In this document: positions 22,094 to 33,180 of the stretch, one piece after another
How the letters are laid out: each line of letters opens with the position of its first letter
Position numbering within the stretch: the stretch's first letter is position 1
From: Escherichia coli
GTDB lineage: Bacteria > Pseudomonadota > Gammaproteobacteria > Enterobacterales > Enterobacteriaceae
DNA: 64,000 bases
Reading direction: 5' to 3' (one strand)
Assembly (NCBI RefSeq): GCF_044324875.1
Contig: NZ_CP172185.1
Notes under the pieces: model-generated
Told to the model about the DNA's origin: nothing
Seen by the model: only the letters and a program-made list of their open reading frames with translations
Databases searched by the model: none
Program-made: the position numbers and the translations under genes

Positions 22094-22125
22094 AACGGTG
22101 CTGAGCACCGTTTTTAATCACCTCG
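22094..22125 (+). terminator. Rho-independent terminator (aacggtgctgagcaccgtt + TTTTAAT)
   Basis: Perfect hairpin with T-run 40 bp after the stop codon. Confidence 0.55.
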
Positions 22126-22207
22126 CCAGAACCTACCAGAATATGATGTTGGTTTATTATCACTGATTCATGGGGAGCACCCAGCGCTTCGGCGGTTTTT
22201 TATGTCT

Positions 22208-23032
22208 TTAAAGCAGTAGCGGTAGGGTCGCGCTGGCTGTTTTCTGGCTCACCTCGCTGTACTGGTCATCCAGCGCAATCAGCGATGTGGTGAGTAGCTC
22301 TACCAACAGCATCACTCCCACTTTGGCAGTCAGCGCGCCGGCACTCAAGGGTCCTTCCGGTTTGGCCGCGACCAGTTGAATATCACTCAGCGAAGCTAAC
22401 GGACTGCGCGGTGTATTACTCAGCGCCAGTACACGCACACCTTGCTTACGCGCTAGTTTTACGACATGCAGCAGATCGCGCGTGGATCCAGAACTGGAAA
22501 TCGCCACCACGAACGTGTTTTTACTAAGTGTTGTGGCGTTCATGGCAGCACGATGCATATCGCTGAACAATTGTGCGGGTTTCCCCAGACGCAGGAGTTT
22601 ATAATGTAAATACTCCCCCAGAATGGCACTGGCTGCTACGCCATAAATCTGCACTGACTGAGCCTGATGCAGTGCAAGCGCGGCTGCTTCCAGCAAGGCT
22701 CTGTCGAGTAATTTTGCTGTGTCCTGTATTGCTTGCACGGATTCATTGACCACATTGTCAATCTCATCACCGCCGTGCTCTACAAACTGTACTTGTCGGA
22801 GATCGAGTGCCAGCGCCATTTTGAATTCGTTATAGCCCTTACACCCAAGCGTTCGGCACAGACGTGTGACGCTAGCCTCGCTGGTGCCGCTTTCACGCGC
22901 AAGTTCGGTAATCGTCAGGTAGACAACTTTTGCCGGATCGCTAAGTACAAACTCTCCCAGCTTCTGTTGTGTTCGGCTATATCCATCAACGCTCTGGCGC
23001 AATCTCAGCAGCAGGTTTTCATTTTCTGACAT
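22208..23032 (-). CDS. RpiR/MurR-family transcriptional regulator (HTH + SIS domain)
   Basis: N-terminal HTH_6 (LTITELARESGTSEASVTRLCRTLGCKGYNEFK) and C-terminal SIS fold (VVAISSSGSTRD). Confidence 0.8.
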   Translation of the reverse strand: MSENENLLLRLRQSVDGYSRTQQKLGEFVLSDPAKVVYLTITELARESGTSEASVTRLCRTLGCKGYNEFKMALALDLRQVQFVEHGGDEIDNVVNESVQAIQDTAKLLDRALLEAAALALHQAQSVQIYGVAASAILGEYLHYKLLRLGKPAQLFSDMHRAAMNATTLSKNTFVVAISSSGSTRDLLHVVKLARKQGVRVLALSNTPRSPLASLSDIQLVAAKPEGPLSAGALTAKVGVMLLVELLTTSLIALDDQYSEVSQKTASATLPLLL

Positions 23033-23197
23033 GTAAAATCCTTAATGCGTTTATCTGTTGATAGTGTGACGGAAAGGAGGGGATTGATGCCAGACATTTT
23101 AAAAAAGTATGATCGACTTCTTAGATTTTGATGGTGATTTTTATTTATAAGAATAATTATGGTAAAAATTTTCATCAAAAATCGAGGAGATGATAAA

Positions 23198-24754
23198 ATG
23201 ATGCAAATGTTTAGCGGCGCTTCATCGGGGGGATGGTTTGAAAAAGCGCAGCGGTTCGGAAAATCCTTCATGCTGCCGATTGCGGTATTGCCCGCAGCAG
23301 GGCTGTTATTAGGGATTGGTGGCGCGTTGTCAAATCCAAACACGTTGACGGCTTATCCGTTTTTAGATGCCGACTGGTTGCAGGCAATATTCACAATCAT
23401 GACCAGCGCAGGTTCTATTGTGTTTGCCAACCTGTCGGTACTCTTTGCAGTCGGCGTCGCCGTGGGGCTGGCGAAATCGGATAAAGGCACTGCCGGGCTT
23501 GCGTCATTGCTGGCGTTTCTGGTGATGAATGCCACCATCAACGCCTTATTAACGCTCAACGGAACGCTGGCGCACAAGAACCCCGCTTCAGTTGGCCAGG
23601 GGATGACGCTTGGTATTCAGACACTGGAAACTGGTGTGTTTGGTGGGGTGGTGATTGGTCTCGTCACCTGCACTTTACATAGCCGTTTCAATAAAGTCTC
23701 ACTACCTCAGTTTCTCGGTTTTTTTAGTGGTTCTCGTTTTGTACCCATTATCAGCTCCCTTGCCGCGATAGTAGTGGGTGCGGTTATGACGGTGGTGTGG
23801 CCGCATTTCCAGAAACTCATTTTTGGACTGGGCGACCTGGTGGATGCGACGGGCTATCTGGGGACGCTGTTGTACGGCTTCATCCTGCGTATGCTCGGTC
23901 CACTGGGTTTACACCATATCTTTTATTTGCCGTTCTGGACGACGGCGCTGGGCGGCAGTGAAATCGTCAACGGCCAGTTGGTTGAAGGTACGCAGCGGAT
24001 TTTCTTTGCCCAACTTGCCGATCCGAATACGCAGCAGTTCTACGCGGGTACCGCTCGCTTTATGTCCGGGCGCTTTATCACCATGATGTTTGGCCTGCTT
24101 GGCGCATGTCTGGCAATGTACCATACTGCAAAGCCGGAGAATAGAAAGGTTGTCGCCGGACTACTTTTGTCGGCAGCCCTGACCTCTTTCCTGACGGGAA
24201 TCACTGAGCCTGTTGAGTTCTCCTTCCTGTTTGTCGCGCCCGTATTATACGTAATTCACGCCTTCTTCGATGGTCTGGCGTTTATGGTCGCCCATATTTT
24301 ACATATCACTATTGGGCAAACCTTTTCGGGCGGGCTTATCGATTTCCTTCTCTTCGGCGTGTTGCAGGGGGAAGCTAAAACAAACTGGATGTATGTCCCC
24401 ATAGTGGGAATACCGTGGTTCTTCCTTTACTACTTTACTTTCCGCTATTTGATTAACCGCTTTGGCTGGCTGACGCCGGGGCGTGAGAACGTAACCCAGG
24501 TTGAATCCGGCCAGCCTCAGAGTGAACGCGCAGCGGCAGTCATTGCCGGGCTGGGAGGCAAAGAGAATCTGGAAGAGGTGGACTGTTGCGCCACGCGCCT
24601 GCGCGTGACGGTTAAAGAGAGCAGTAAGGTAGATGAAGCTGCGCTGAAAGTGGCCGGAGCGCGTGGCGTGATTATTCGCGGCAACGGCGTTCAGGTGATT
24701 TATGGCCCTCATGTCACCATCATTAAAAACGAAGTCGAAGAGATTTTATCGTAA
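23198..24754 (+). CDS. PTS glucose/GlcNAc-family EIICB component
   Basis: EIIC membrane domain plus C-terminal EIIB ([11 protein letters not shown] with the phospho-cysteine motif). GAGGAG RBS 8 nt upstream of ATG 23198. Confidence 0.8.
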   Translation: MMQMFSGASSGGWFEKAQRFGKSFMLPIAVLPAAGLLLGIGGALSNPNTLTAYPFLDADWLQAIFTIMTSAGSIVFANLSVLFAVGVAVGLAKSDKGTAGLASLLAFLVMNATINALLTLNGTLAHKNPASVGQGMTLGIQTLETGVFGGVVIGLVTCTLHSRFNKVSLPQFLGFFSGSRFVPIISSLAAIVVGAVMTVVWPHFQKLIFGLGDLVDATGYLGTLLYGFILRMLGPLGLHHIFYLPFWTTALGGSEIVNGQLVEGTQRIFFAQLADPNTQQFYAGTARFMSGRFITMMFGLLGACLAMYHTAKPENRKVVAGLLLSAALTSFLTGITEPVEFSFLFVAPVLYVIHAFFDGLAFMVAHILHITIGQTFSGGLIDFLLFGVLQGEAKTNWMYVPIVGIPWFFLYYFTFRYLINRFGWLTPGRENVTQVESGQPQSERAAAVIAGLGGKENLEEVDCCATRLRVTVKESSKVDEAALKVAGARGVIIRGNGVQVIYGPHVTIIKNEVEEILS

Positions 24755-25443
24755 TGAAAACTGTACTGGATTCCCTGAAAGGTAAATTAATCGTCTCCTG
24801 TCAGGCTCTGGAAAATGAGCCTCTACATAGTCCGTTTATTATGTCACGTATGGCGCTGGCGGCAGCACAAGGTGGTGCTGCAGGTATCCGTGCCAACAGC
24901 GTGGCGGATATTAGTGCTATCAAAGAGATTGTCTCCCTTCCGATGATAGGGATTATCAAACGCGATTACCCTGGCAGTGAGGTGTTTATCACGGCCACTC
25001 TCCGGGAAGTGGATGAGCTGATGACCGTTGAGCCGGAAATTATTGCCCTGGATGCTACTGCGCGCCCGCGCCCTGGTGGTCAGACGCTGGAAGAACTGGT
25101 CACGCAGATCCGCGCTCGCTACCCGTCCATACTTCTGATGGCAGATATAGCAACAGTAGAAGAGGCAGTGACAGCTGAACGTCTGGGTTTTGACTGTGTG
25201 GGCACTACGCTCTACGGCTATACCGCAGAAACTGCCAGGCATGTGCTGGCGGAAAATGACTGTGGATTCTTACGTGAGGTCCTGAAAGCGGTCAGCGTTC
25301 CGGTCGTGGCGGAAGGGAATGTCGACACCCCGGAGTGCGCCGCACGTTGCCTGACATTAGGCGCTCATACCGTGGTGGTTGGGGGGGCAATCACTCGTCC
25401 GCAGCAGATAACGACACGCTTTATTGCAGCGATCGCCTCGTAA
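24754..25443 (+). CDS. nanE: N-acetylmannosamine-6-phosphate 2-epimerase
   Basis: 229 aa NanE-family ([14 protein letters not shown]...GTTLYGYT). Start overlaps the EIICB stop (TAATG), suggesting translational coupling. Confidence 0.85.
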   Translation: MKTVLDSLKGKLIVSCQALENEPLHSPFIMSRMALAAAQGGAAGIRANSVADISAIKEIVSLPMIGIIKRDYPGSEVFITATLREVDELMTVEPEIIALDATARPRPGGQTLEELVTQIRARYPSILLMADIATVEEAVTAERLGFDCVGTTLYGYTAETARHVLAENDCGFLREVLKAVSVPVVAEGNVDTPECAARCLTLGAHTVVVGGAITRPQQITTRFIAAIAS

Positions 25444-25471
25444 AGCACCGATGAGGCATGATATTTTGCTG

Positions 25472-25499
25472 GGAATAAGCGATAATTATCGCTTATTCC
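25472..25499. terminator. Perfect 28-bp palindrome (ggaataagcgataattatcgcttattcc), terminator-like hairpin after nanE
   Basis: 12-bp stem and 4-nt loop; no U-tract, so it may be a protein-binding palindrome instead. Confidence 0.35.
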
Positions 25500-25539
25500 A
25501 TATTGAGAGTGCTATGCAGTTCCCGATTAGCTCGGCAGG

Positions 25540-25700
25540 GGCTAAATCATGGTTATCCGGTCATGCTGCGCATGGATAATCGCTCGGAATTTAACACTCT
25601 CGCGCTGACACTGGCTGAATGGGCATAGATACTCGCAGTAAAACGAGAGCTCAGCCAGCCTGGTCGAGTTACCCCTGATAGAGGAATACTGATCCTACCC
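25540..25700 (+). mobile_element. Short remnant of an rve-type (DDE) transposase
   Basis: ...MLRMDNRSEFNTLALTLAEWA resembles the DNGSEF motif region of integrase-core transposases; no flanking ORF is intact. Confidence 0.3.
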
Positions 25701-25947
25701 CATGTAATGTGGACACAAGCCTAAGTGATGTTCTGGTTTTCAAATTGTTCCGTACTGAGACCACCACACCAGCTGTGCCCTAACAGGCACAGTTTCAGCA
25801 CTCCTAAGCAACCGTAAAATGGCACCAGTTTCACAAGCAATTGTGCTCATTATTATTGCTATAACAAAAACCTTTTTTTCTGATGAATGAATTATTAATA
25901 TAATTCTGATCAAACACCTGTTTTTTTAACCTACAGAAGGAGTTATT

Positions 25948-26286
25948 ATGAAAAAATACTCTTCTCCCGTCCTTGCACTCATTCTTGTTAGCAACAGTAT
26001 GGTATCCTCCGCTGCCACAAAAGAAATCTCAAAAACAGCTTATGTCTGTAATGGAAATAAGACAATGGAGGTGGTCTATATCAACACCACTGCTGGGAAC
26101 TCATATGCAGTGATTAATCAGATGGATGAGATGATACCTATGCAGCTAATGAAAATGGCCTCCGGAGCCAATTACGAAGCCATCAATAAAAGATACTCAT
26201 ATAAACTGTACACAAAAGGTAAAAAAGCCAATCTGGTGGAAGGGAATGATAATCCTGTCTTAAGCAACTGTTCATCGGCCGAATGA
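25948..26286 (+). CDS. MliC-family lipoprotein (membrane-bound lysozyme inhibitor of C-type lysozyme)
   Basis: 112 aa with signal peptide and the conserved Y-V-C-x-G...SASGAxYE...Y...KG...L pattern of MliC/PliC. Confidence 0.6.
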   Translation: MKKYSSPVLALILVSNSMVSSAATKEISKTAYVCNGNKTMEVVYINTTAGNSYAVINQMDEMIPMQLMKMASGANYEAINKRYSYKLYTKGKKANLVEGNDNPVLSNCSSAE

Positions 26287-26642
26287 CAGCCAGAGCCTGT
26301 CAGTAATTCTGTGTAAATGCCTTTTCTTTAAAGTGACCGTCAGGACGGTCACTGATTACCCATTCTGAATTCAGTGCAGAATTAAAACATGTGTGCAAAA
26401 TAATTTAATTCAGACAGCTTTTTATTTCACTATGGCTATCCCAGAACAACCAGTACAAATAATAAAAGACATATCACAGCAACACTCCACACTGACAGCG
26501 CAAAAATAAATGCCGCCTTTGTTATCTTCATATACAAGCAACCTGTCCTGATAATCACCAGCTCATGTTTTATTCTTAACCATTCGTCACAAATACAACA
26601 AAAAATAACAGCAGCAGCACCGATATCACAATATAAGATACA

Positions 26643-27098
26643 TTATTCAACACCTGAATCCCCCGCCGCTTCTCTCCCCTTTATAAAACGCCCCTTCCGG
26701 AATCCAGACCGCTGCAGTGCACGACGAAGATGACCGTATACCGTCTTGTCATTCTGCCCCGTCTCTTCTGTAATCTCCGCAATACTTAAACCTCTGTAAT
26801 ACCGGTTCAGTACCGCTCTGCGCTCTTCCAGCGTCAACACACCTCCGGCCGCTCTCAGATTCAGCATCGACTTATTCAGAATACAGCAGGCCTCTCCGGT
26901 AAAAAGAATACGAACAATATCTGTATACTCATCATCACAGAATACAAAATAATATCTGAATGACCTGCCTGACTGCACCCTTCTTCTGTCTGATATGGCA
27001 TCTTCTATATATCTGATTCGACTGCTTACGGTTCCAAATATCTCTCGCAGGGCTTTTTCAAAATAAATATCTCTCGTCGCCAGGATTATATCCAGCAT
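26643..27098 (-). CDS. Small HTH transcriptional regulator (LuxR/sigma-70 region-4-like C-terminus)
   Basis: 151 aa; C-terminal LTLEERRAVLNRYYRGLSIAEITEETGQNDKTVYGHLRRA is a GerE/region-4-type HTH. Immediately upstream of the autotransporter gene on the same strand. Confidence 0.5.
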   Translation of the reverse strand: MLDIILATRDIYFEKALREIFGTVSSRIRYIEDAISDRRRVQSGRSFRYYFVFCDDEYTDIVRILFTGEACCILNKSMLNLRAAGGVLTLEERRAVLNRYYRGLSIAEITEETGQNDKTVYGHLRRALQRSGFRKGRFIKGREAAGDSGVE

Positions 27099-27159
27099 CT
27101 CTGTACCTCATTATATCCCGGGGGACTCCCCCCGGGACAGATATCTAAATCCTGACCTG

Positions 27160-28419
27160 TCAGAACTCAAAATTCACACCAGCATTCCACGATGCGGATG
27201 ACCCACCTGCAGCAACTGCAACTTTTCCTGCCACATTCTCTGTGAAACGGTAGCCCACGCCCACCGCAATGGCCTGCTCATCACGGTAACCACCAACGGC
27301 TGCTGTCGCGTTAAATTTTCCAACACTGTATGGCTGGAAAAGACCTGCCAGTGCCGCGCTCTGGGCTGCACTCTCCCTTAACTCCTTCCGGTTCTCTTTA
27401 ATCTGCTCCTGCATATTATTCATTCTCTCTGTCGCCATCTTCTGCCAGGCTTCCGTCAAATCCAGACGATGACTGTTATTCCTTATCGCTGCTGTATTTG
27501 AGGCTATTGCTGCATCCGTCTGCGCCCTGTTCTTCACAAGCACATCGCTGAGATGTTCTGCCTGGCTTTTCGCTTCTTTACGGGCATCCCGTACACTTTT
27601 ATCTGTATAAGCCCGGGAAACCTGAACTGTTTCATCCGCTTTTTCTTTTATTTCATCCTGAAGAGCAAGAGAAGATGCATCCGTATACGCCACCGCTGCC
27701 GATGTGCCTGCAATAATATCCCTGCTGAGTTCATCACGTACTGCTGTAACCTGACTGTCAGTATGAGCACGGGCATCTCTGTATACACCGCCTATCTCAC
27801 CGCGCAGACTGTCTCCCTCTGCCTTCAGTTCATCACGTACTGCTGTGACCTGACTGTCAGTATGAGAAACAGCATCACGGTAGACAGCTCCTATCTCACC
27901 GCGCAGGGCATCCCCCGACACCCGTACAGCACCTGCAATGGCGTTGTCCATCTGTCCTTTTGTGGCCGCATCACTATCCTTAACACCATCTGAAACATTT
28001 ATAATCCGGCGGGTTTCCGGTGCACCATCAACTGAAAATCCATATCCTGAAGGACCGGCCCCTACAGAAAGTACATTGCTTTCTCCATTCACCTGAGAGC
28101 CATACCCCAGAGCGACACTGTTGTCTGCATTAAAAACAGCTGTCTTATTTCCTGTTGCCATGGATTTATCCGCATCCCAAATTATTGCATCGGAACCAAC
28201 AGCAAAGTTTTTTCCAGTAACACTACCACCATCGTTAGCATTTCCATTTCTGTCAATCACACTTGCACTTTCAAGTGACTGAGTGCCATTATCAATCCAG
28301 ATAATACCCGCCGTTGAATCAGTAATTGTTTTATGAGCCAAAGCCTGAGATGAGAGCAGCAGGGCCACACTCACTGCCAGCGCGCTTTTCTTTAAAAAAG
28401 CATCACGTCTTTTAAGCAT
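27160..28419 (-). CDS. Trimeric autotransporter adhesin (YadA/Eib-like)
   Basis: Signal peptide from [28 protein letters not shown] (AGGAG RBS). Coiled-coil stalk with a 33-aa tandem duplication. C-terminal YadA-type membrane anchor (...[10 protein letters not shown]...GVNFEF). Confidence 0.8.
   Translation of the reverse strand: MLKRRDAFLKKSALAVSVALLLSSQALAHKTITDSTAGIIWIDNGTQSLESASVIDRNGNANDGGSVTGKNFAVGSDAIIWDADKSMATGNKTAVFNADNSVALGYGSQVNGESNVLSVGAGPSGYGFSVDGAPETRRIINVSDGVKDSDAATKGQMDNAIAGAVRVSGDALRGEIGAVYRDAVSHTDSQVTAVRDELKAEGDSLRGEIGGVYRDARAHTDSQVTAVRDELSRDIIAGTSAAVAYTDASSLALQDEIKEKADETVQVSRAYTDKSVRDARKEAKSQAEHLSDVLVKNRAQTDAAIASNTAAIRNNSHRLDLTEAWQKMATERMNNMQEQIKENRKELRESAAQSAALAGLFQPYSVGKFNATAAVGGYRDEQAIAVGVGYRFTENVAGKVAVAAGGSSASWNAGVNFEF
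27730..27927. repeat. 2 x 99-bp tandem direct repeat inside the adhesin stalk coding region
   Basis: ttcatcacgtactgctgt(a/g)acctgactgtcagtatgag... recurs with a 99-nt period, giving two 33-aa coiled-coil units. Confidence 0.7.
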
Positions 28420-28907
28420 TCTGTTATTCTCCTGTATTATTACTTCACCAGCCAGAACGGTAGTGCGGAGCAAAAATACAGTGATAAGAATCCTCTTTTA
28501 TTAATTTAATAATGCCAGGAATATTATTGTGTATAATATGCGACCTCAATTTAAGCAGCAGAAAACGACTGGCATTAAAATCCTTAAATTATAAACACAT
28601 ACAACTTTGTAAAGGTGGTTATAATAAACCTGATTACTTTAATGTCTGTATACCTGCACTGCTGATATCACAAAACAATAAAAATCCTGGGTAATATCTC
28701 TGATGATTGAATGAGAAATTCACGATGTCTGGTGAGAATTCTGTTCAAAACGAGGAATGCAGACGTACACGTGGCAGGTATGGACTTCCACCGATTTAAC
28801 TTTTTTCCTTCCTTGTATTTACACATCACACATTTTGCGCTACAAAAATTTCACGTGGCACGCACCACGTGATCCGTAGAAAAGCCTCTTGTTACGAATT
28901 TCGTAAA

Positions 28908-28940
28908 CCGCACGTCTGTCTGGTCGTGCGGATTTTTTAT
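28908..28940 (+). terminator. Rho-independent terminator (ccgcacg-loop-cgtgcgg + ATTTTTTAT)
   Basis: 7-bp GC stem followed by a T6 run; no annotated gene upstream. Confidence 0.45.
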
Positions 28941-29158
28941 CCGTCAACTTCACATGAAACCCGCCAGAGCACTGTTTCCGGATTCAGACATCAGGCATAT
29001 TATTATCCACGATGTCGTGAACAAGATCACACTTTTGCAATTCCTTTATTGATCGAAAGCAGTTAATCACGGAAATTAATTACCGGAGTGAAAGCATTTG
29101 CTATATAAACATTCCCAGAAGACATCTTCATGTTGAATATTATTCCCTTATTGACTAG

Positions 29159-29191
29159 CCCCTCTGACAGAATTTCAGAGGGGGTTTTTTA
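29159..29191. terminator. Rho-independent terminator (cccctctga-loop-tcagagggg + TTTTTT), bidirectional
   Basis: 9-bp stem and T6. Lies at the edge of the IS66-end remnant. Confidence 0.5.
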
Positions 29192-29269
29192 TCAGTTTCA
29201 CCATCCAACCCTGTACGCCAGAATGGTTTCACTGTCACTCAGTTCTGCTATTGCCTTTTTCATCTCCCT

Positions 29270-29535
29270 TTACCTTACGTTCTGCCAGAGTCTGAGCCAT
29301 TTGAACAGGAGGTTATCATTGATATCGTGTTCCCGGGCAATACGGGCAACAGAGGCTCCTGGTTGCAAAACCAGTTTAACCATTTGAAGTTTAACTCATT
29401 TGAAAATGATCTGCGGGGTTCTGCGGATAATGTTTTTGCTCCATAACAGGCGTCCACCAGTTTGAAAAGGTGGGCACCTACGTTACCAATACTGGCTTAA
29501 TGGCTACATACGGCGGTCGGTTCTTACGGTAAAAC
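29270..29535 (-). mobile_element. Solo left-end remnant of an IS66-family element (tnpA N-terminal fragment + partial terminal repeat)
   Basis: About 75% nucleotide similarity to 16080-16311 (ttctgccagag(t/c)ctgagccatttgaa...tggctacatacggcggtc). Encodes ...LQPGASVARIAREHDINDNLLFKWLRLWQN. Confidence 0.6.
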
Positions 29536-29645
29536 GACACAACCAAACGCTTCTTATCCTGCAATGAACTGCTTTATTACCGAGTTTAGTGACCGCACAG
29601 ACACTCACTTTTAAGAAAAACAGAATGGTAAACAAACTCCATGAA

Positions 29646-30599
29646 TTACAATAGCTCTCTGGCTGCCGCCACAATATCTTGCGCGGTTAACCCGTACTCT
29701 CTCTGTAAAAAGTCCTGAGTTCCAACCTGGCCATACCGCTCTTTAACCCCCACCCGACGCATGGGCACAGGACAAGTTTCTACAAGCACTTCAGCAACCG
29801 CTGAACCTAATCCATTATGAATACTATGGTTTTCACATGTTACGATCCGTCCTGTTTTTTCGGCATAATTTTTAATTAACATCCGATCAACGGGTTTGAG
29901 CGTAAACATATCAATCACCGCTACACTTACCCCAGCCAGCTCAAGTTGACGTGCGGCCTCCAGGGCTTCCACCACCATAATGCCATTAGCAATTAAGGTG
30001 ACATCCGTACCTTCACGTAATACCTGCCCTTTGCCAATTGTAAAGGTTGTACCTGGTGCGTAAATACTCGCTGCTTGCTTCCGAATGGTACGAATCCAAT
30101 AAAATCCTTCCAGTGCAACGAGTTGACGCAAGATATCGCTGAACATTACGGCATCTGTCATCTCCATCACCACCGAATGCGCCAGCCCGCGCACAATTCC
30201 CATATCTTCAAATGACATATGTGTTCCGCCATTGTGGCAAGCAGCAACACCCGCATCAGAAGCTATAACTTTGACGTTAGCGCCCTGGTAATCAAGCGAC
30301 ATAAAGAGTTGATCAAAACAGCGACGACTGGCAAATGCGGTAAAGGTATGCACGAATGGCTTGCGCCCGGTTAAGGCCAGCCCTGCAGCTGTGCCGATAA
30401 CATTGGCTTCCATAATGCCGCAATTAATGACGTGATCTGGATAATCCTGCGCCACGCTGTCCATTGCCATGGAACTCATTAAATCAGCCTCAAGAGCAAT
30501 GACAGAACTGACGTTTTTACTCTGTTGCGCGATAAAATCTGCATAAACTTTGCGCATTTCAATGCTGTCTTTTTGTCCTGCCGGTGCGAGATTAATCAT
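29646..30599 (-). CDS. Transketolase, C-terminal (pyrimidine-binding) subunit
   Basis: 317 aa transketolase Pyr/C-terminal domains; overlaps the N-terminal-subunit gene by 8 bp (split tkt). Confidence 0.85.
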   Translation of the reverse strand: MINLAPAGQKDSIEMRKVYADFIAQQSKNVSSVIALEADLMSSMAMDSVAQDYPDHVINCGIMEANVIGTAAGLALTGRKPFVHTFTAFASRRCFDQLFMSLDYQGANVKVIASDAGVAACHNGGTHMSFEDMGIVRGLAHSVVMEMTDAVMFSDILRQLVALEGFYWIRTIRKQAASIYAPGTTFTIGKGQVLREGTDVTLIANGIMVVEALEAARQLELAGVSVAVIDMFTLKPVDRMLIKNYAEKTGRIVTCENHSIHNGLGSAVAEVLVETCPVPMRRVGVKERYGQVGTQDFLQREYGLTAQDIVAAARELL

Positions 30600-31422
30600 G
30601 CATATCCTCCAGTTGGCGAATTGTTTCGTTTAGCGTCCCCTTCATCTCTTCTGTGAGGCGTAAGTGATGAGAATTACTGAGTTGCTCGAGACACGGCACC
30701 CCCTGCCCTTTAATGCTATCGAGAATGACCACTCTCGGTCTGGCCTCAGCTGGCAGGACAGGTTTAACTACATTCAACAAGCCCTCAATATCATCGCCCT
30801 TCACTGTCACGACATCAAAACCGAAAGCCCGGAATTTTCCTTCCAAATCAAATGGATTAATAATTTCATCCAGTTGACCATCAAGCTGCTGTTTGTTCCA
30901 GTCCACAAACACAGTGAGGTTATTCAAACGATGATGCGCGATAAACTGGAAAGCTTCCCAACATTGGCCTTCATTAAGTTCGCCATCGCCGACAATACAA
31001 AAAACCCGATTCTTGCGCCCCGCCAGTTTATGCGACAGCGCCATCCCTCCGGCAATGGATATCCCCTGCCCCAGCGATCCTGTGGTGCTATCAACACCAC
31101 ACGTTTTTAGCCGATCCGGATGACTTGGTAAGCGGGTTCCGTTCTGATTTAAGGTGCTTAATTCTTCCAGTGGAAAGTAGCCTTTCAGCGCCAGAGTACT
31201 GTAGAGAGCAGGTCCGGCATGTCCTTTGGACAGGATAAAATAGTCACGCTCAGGCCAGTCGGGAGCAGCAGGATCAATTTTCATTACAGCGCCATAAAGC
31301 ACTGCCAGCGTTTCCACAACCGACATGCTGCCACCATAATGACCGAAGCCGAGATGAGTTAATGATTTAAGCGTCTGGATACGTATATCCCGTGCAAATT
31401 GAGTCAATTCTTTAACATTCAT
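30592..31422 (-). CDS. Transketolase, N-terminal (TPP-binding) subunit
   Basis: 276 aa with the GDG(E/S)xxEG TPP motif (IVGDGELNEGQCWEA). Confidence 0.85.
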   Translation of the reverse strand: MNVKELTQFARDIRIQTLKSLTHLGFGHYGGSMSVVETLAVLYGAVMKIDPAAPDWPERDYFILSKGHAGPALYSTLALKGYFPLEELSTLNQNGTRLPSHPDRLKTCGVDSTTGSLGQGISIAGGMALSHKLAGRKNRVFCIVGDGELNEGQCWEAFQFIAHHRLNNLTVFVDWNKQQLDGQLDEIINPFDLEGKFRAFGFDVVTVKGDDIEGLLNVVKPVLPAEARPRVVILDSIKGQGVPCLEQLSNSHHLRLTEEMKGTLNETIRQLEDMHD

Positions 31423-32813
31423 GATTTGGCTCCGCTCTTCTTCTGCGCTTTGGCAGCGATTTTGTTACTGGCGAAAATGTTCCAGGCAACCAGCAGCACA
31501 AATAGCGCTACTACAAGTCCGGTGATGGCAAAAGGTGAGAGATAACGTGCCAGGTTTCCGAGGACGATGCCGACAGCACCAAAATCTGCATCGGAAAAGG
31601 TCGTATTAGCAAAGCCTATCGCCCCAAGAACCGGCAATAACAGTACTGGCAGGAAGGTAATCAATAAGCCATTCGCAAAAGCACCAATCATTGCGCCACG
31701 ACGTCCCCCCGTAGCGTTACCAAATACGCCAGCAGCCGCCCCGGTAAAAAAGTGAGGAACGACACCCGGAAGAATCAACACCAGTTTCATCTGTCCCAAC
31801 AAAAATAGCCCTACCAGACCGCCAAAAAAGCTAAACAAGAAACCAACTAACACTGCGTTTGGCGCATACGGATACACAACCGGGCAATCGAGGGCCGGAC
31901 GGGCATTCGGCACCAGCTTTTCTGAAAACCCGGTAAATGCCGGAACTATTTCAGCAAGGATTAAACGCACGCCTTGCAGAATAATAAATACACCAGCAGC
32001 GAAGGTGATGGCCATTATGATGGCGTAGACAAGGTAGTTTTGACCACCACTGAACTGGCTTTCAACGAACTCACGACCAGCACTGATCGCCATGATCAGA
32101 TAAATCACCATCATCGTAAGAGAAATAGAGATGGAACTGTCGCGCAGGAAGCTCAGATTTTTGGGCAAATTCATCTCTTCGGTGGAGCGGGAACCTTTAC
32201 CGCACACGCTGCCAATCCAGCCAGAAAGTACATATCCCAGAGTGCCAAAGTGACCAAAAGCAATGTCATCATTCCCCGTAATACGCTTCATATAGCGTTG
32301 TGCTAATGCCGGGAAAAATGCCATCACAAGTCCCAGAATAAGAGAACCGGTAAAGACCAGTGATATACCTTCAAAACCAGCCACTGTCAGAATCACACCA
32401 ATCATGCAGGCCATGTAAAATGTGTGGTGTCCGGTCAGGAAGATATATTTAAGGCGGGTAAAGCGGGCAACAATAATATTCGCCACCATACCAAATGCCA
32501 TAATAAGGGCCGTCGATGCGCCATATTTTTCCAGCGCAATAGAAACAATAGCCTCATTATTCGGAATGATGCCCTGAATATTAAAGGCATGTTCAAACAT
32601 ACTCCCAAGAGGATTTAACGAACCAACCAAAACAGTGGCACCACCGCCCAGTACAATAAAGCCGAGAATAGTTTTAATTGTACCTTTAACAACATCTGAA
32701 AAAGATTTTTTCTGGGCAACCAGACCAATTAAGGCAATCAAGCCGACCAGTATCGCGGGCACTTTAAGTATATCAACAACAAAATTCAGCGTTTCAAGGA
32801 TAAACATATCCAC
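31419..32813 (-). CDS. PTS ascorbate-family EIIC permease (UlaA/SgaT-like)
   Basis: 464-aa polytopic membrane protein of the UlaA family. Confidence 0.85.
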   Translation of the reverse strand: MDMFILETLNFVVDILKVPAILVGLIALIGLVAQKKSFSDVVKGTIKTILGFIVLGGGATVLVGSLNPLGSMFEHAFNIQGIIPNNEAIVSIALEKYGASTALIMAFGMVANIIVARFTRLKYIFLTGHHTFYMACMIGVILTVAGFEGISLVFTGSLILGLVMAFFPALAQRYMKRITGNDDIAFGHFGTLGYVLSGWIGSVCGKGSRSTEEMNLPKNLSFLRDSSISISLTMMVIYLIMAISAGREFVESQFSGGQNYLVYAIIMAITFAAGVFIILQGVRLILAEIVPAFTGFSEKLVPNARPALDCPVVYPYAPNAVLVGFLFSFFGGLVGLFLLGQMKLVLILPGVVPHFFTGAAAGVFGNATGGRRGAMIGAFANGLLITFLPVLLLPVLGAIGFANTTFSDADFGAVGIVLGNLARYLSPFAITGLVVALFVLLVAWNIFASNKIAAKAQKKSGAKS

Positions 32814-32829
32814 CTCGCTTCAATTAAGG

Positions 32830-33102
32830 TTATTGTTTTGCTAACCAGTTACGCAGTTGCGTTTCGAGTTCATTAATATCAATGATGTTGTTGATAACCA
32901 CCAACTGACTTTCCGGTACGCTGGCACTGGCAGCAATATCTTTGGCCATCACAAATAAATCGGCAGCCCCTGGCGTTGCTGATGAGAGATCGGAATGTTC
33001 CACTTCCGCCTCTATATCCATTTTTTTCAGAACTTTTTTAATATTCATTTCGACCATAAAACTACTACCAAGCCCTGAGCCACAAATAGCCATAATTTTC
33101 AT
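32830..33102 (-). CDS. PTS ascorbate/lactose-family EIIB
   Basis: MKIMAICGSGLGSS... has the active-site Cys; GGTG RBS. The ORF-track 33150 start lacks an RBS. Confidence 0.75.
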   Translation of the reverse strand: MKIMAICGSGLGSSFMVEMNIKKVLKKMDIEAEVEHSDLSSATPGAADLFVMAKDIAASASVPESQLVVINNIIDINELETQLRNWLAKQ

Positions 33103-33180
33103 TATATTCACCATTTTAAGTTGAAGAAGTCCCATCACGCAACGGCGCAATGTTGTGAAAAGACTGAATTTATAATGTAA

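Noticed and set aside
27730-27927. Possible CRISPR-like repeat
   Set aside because: The 99-bp period repeat has no spacers of different sequence, and both copies lie in frame within the adhesin stalk, so it is a coding tandem duplication rather than a CRISPR array. No CRISPR arrays were seen anywhere in the window.
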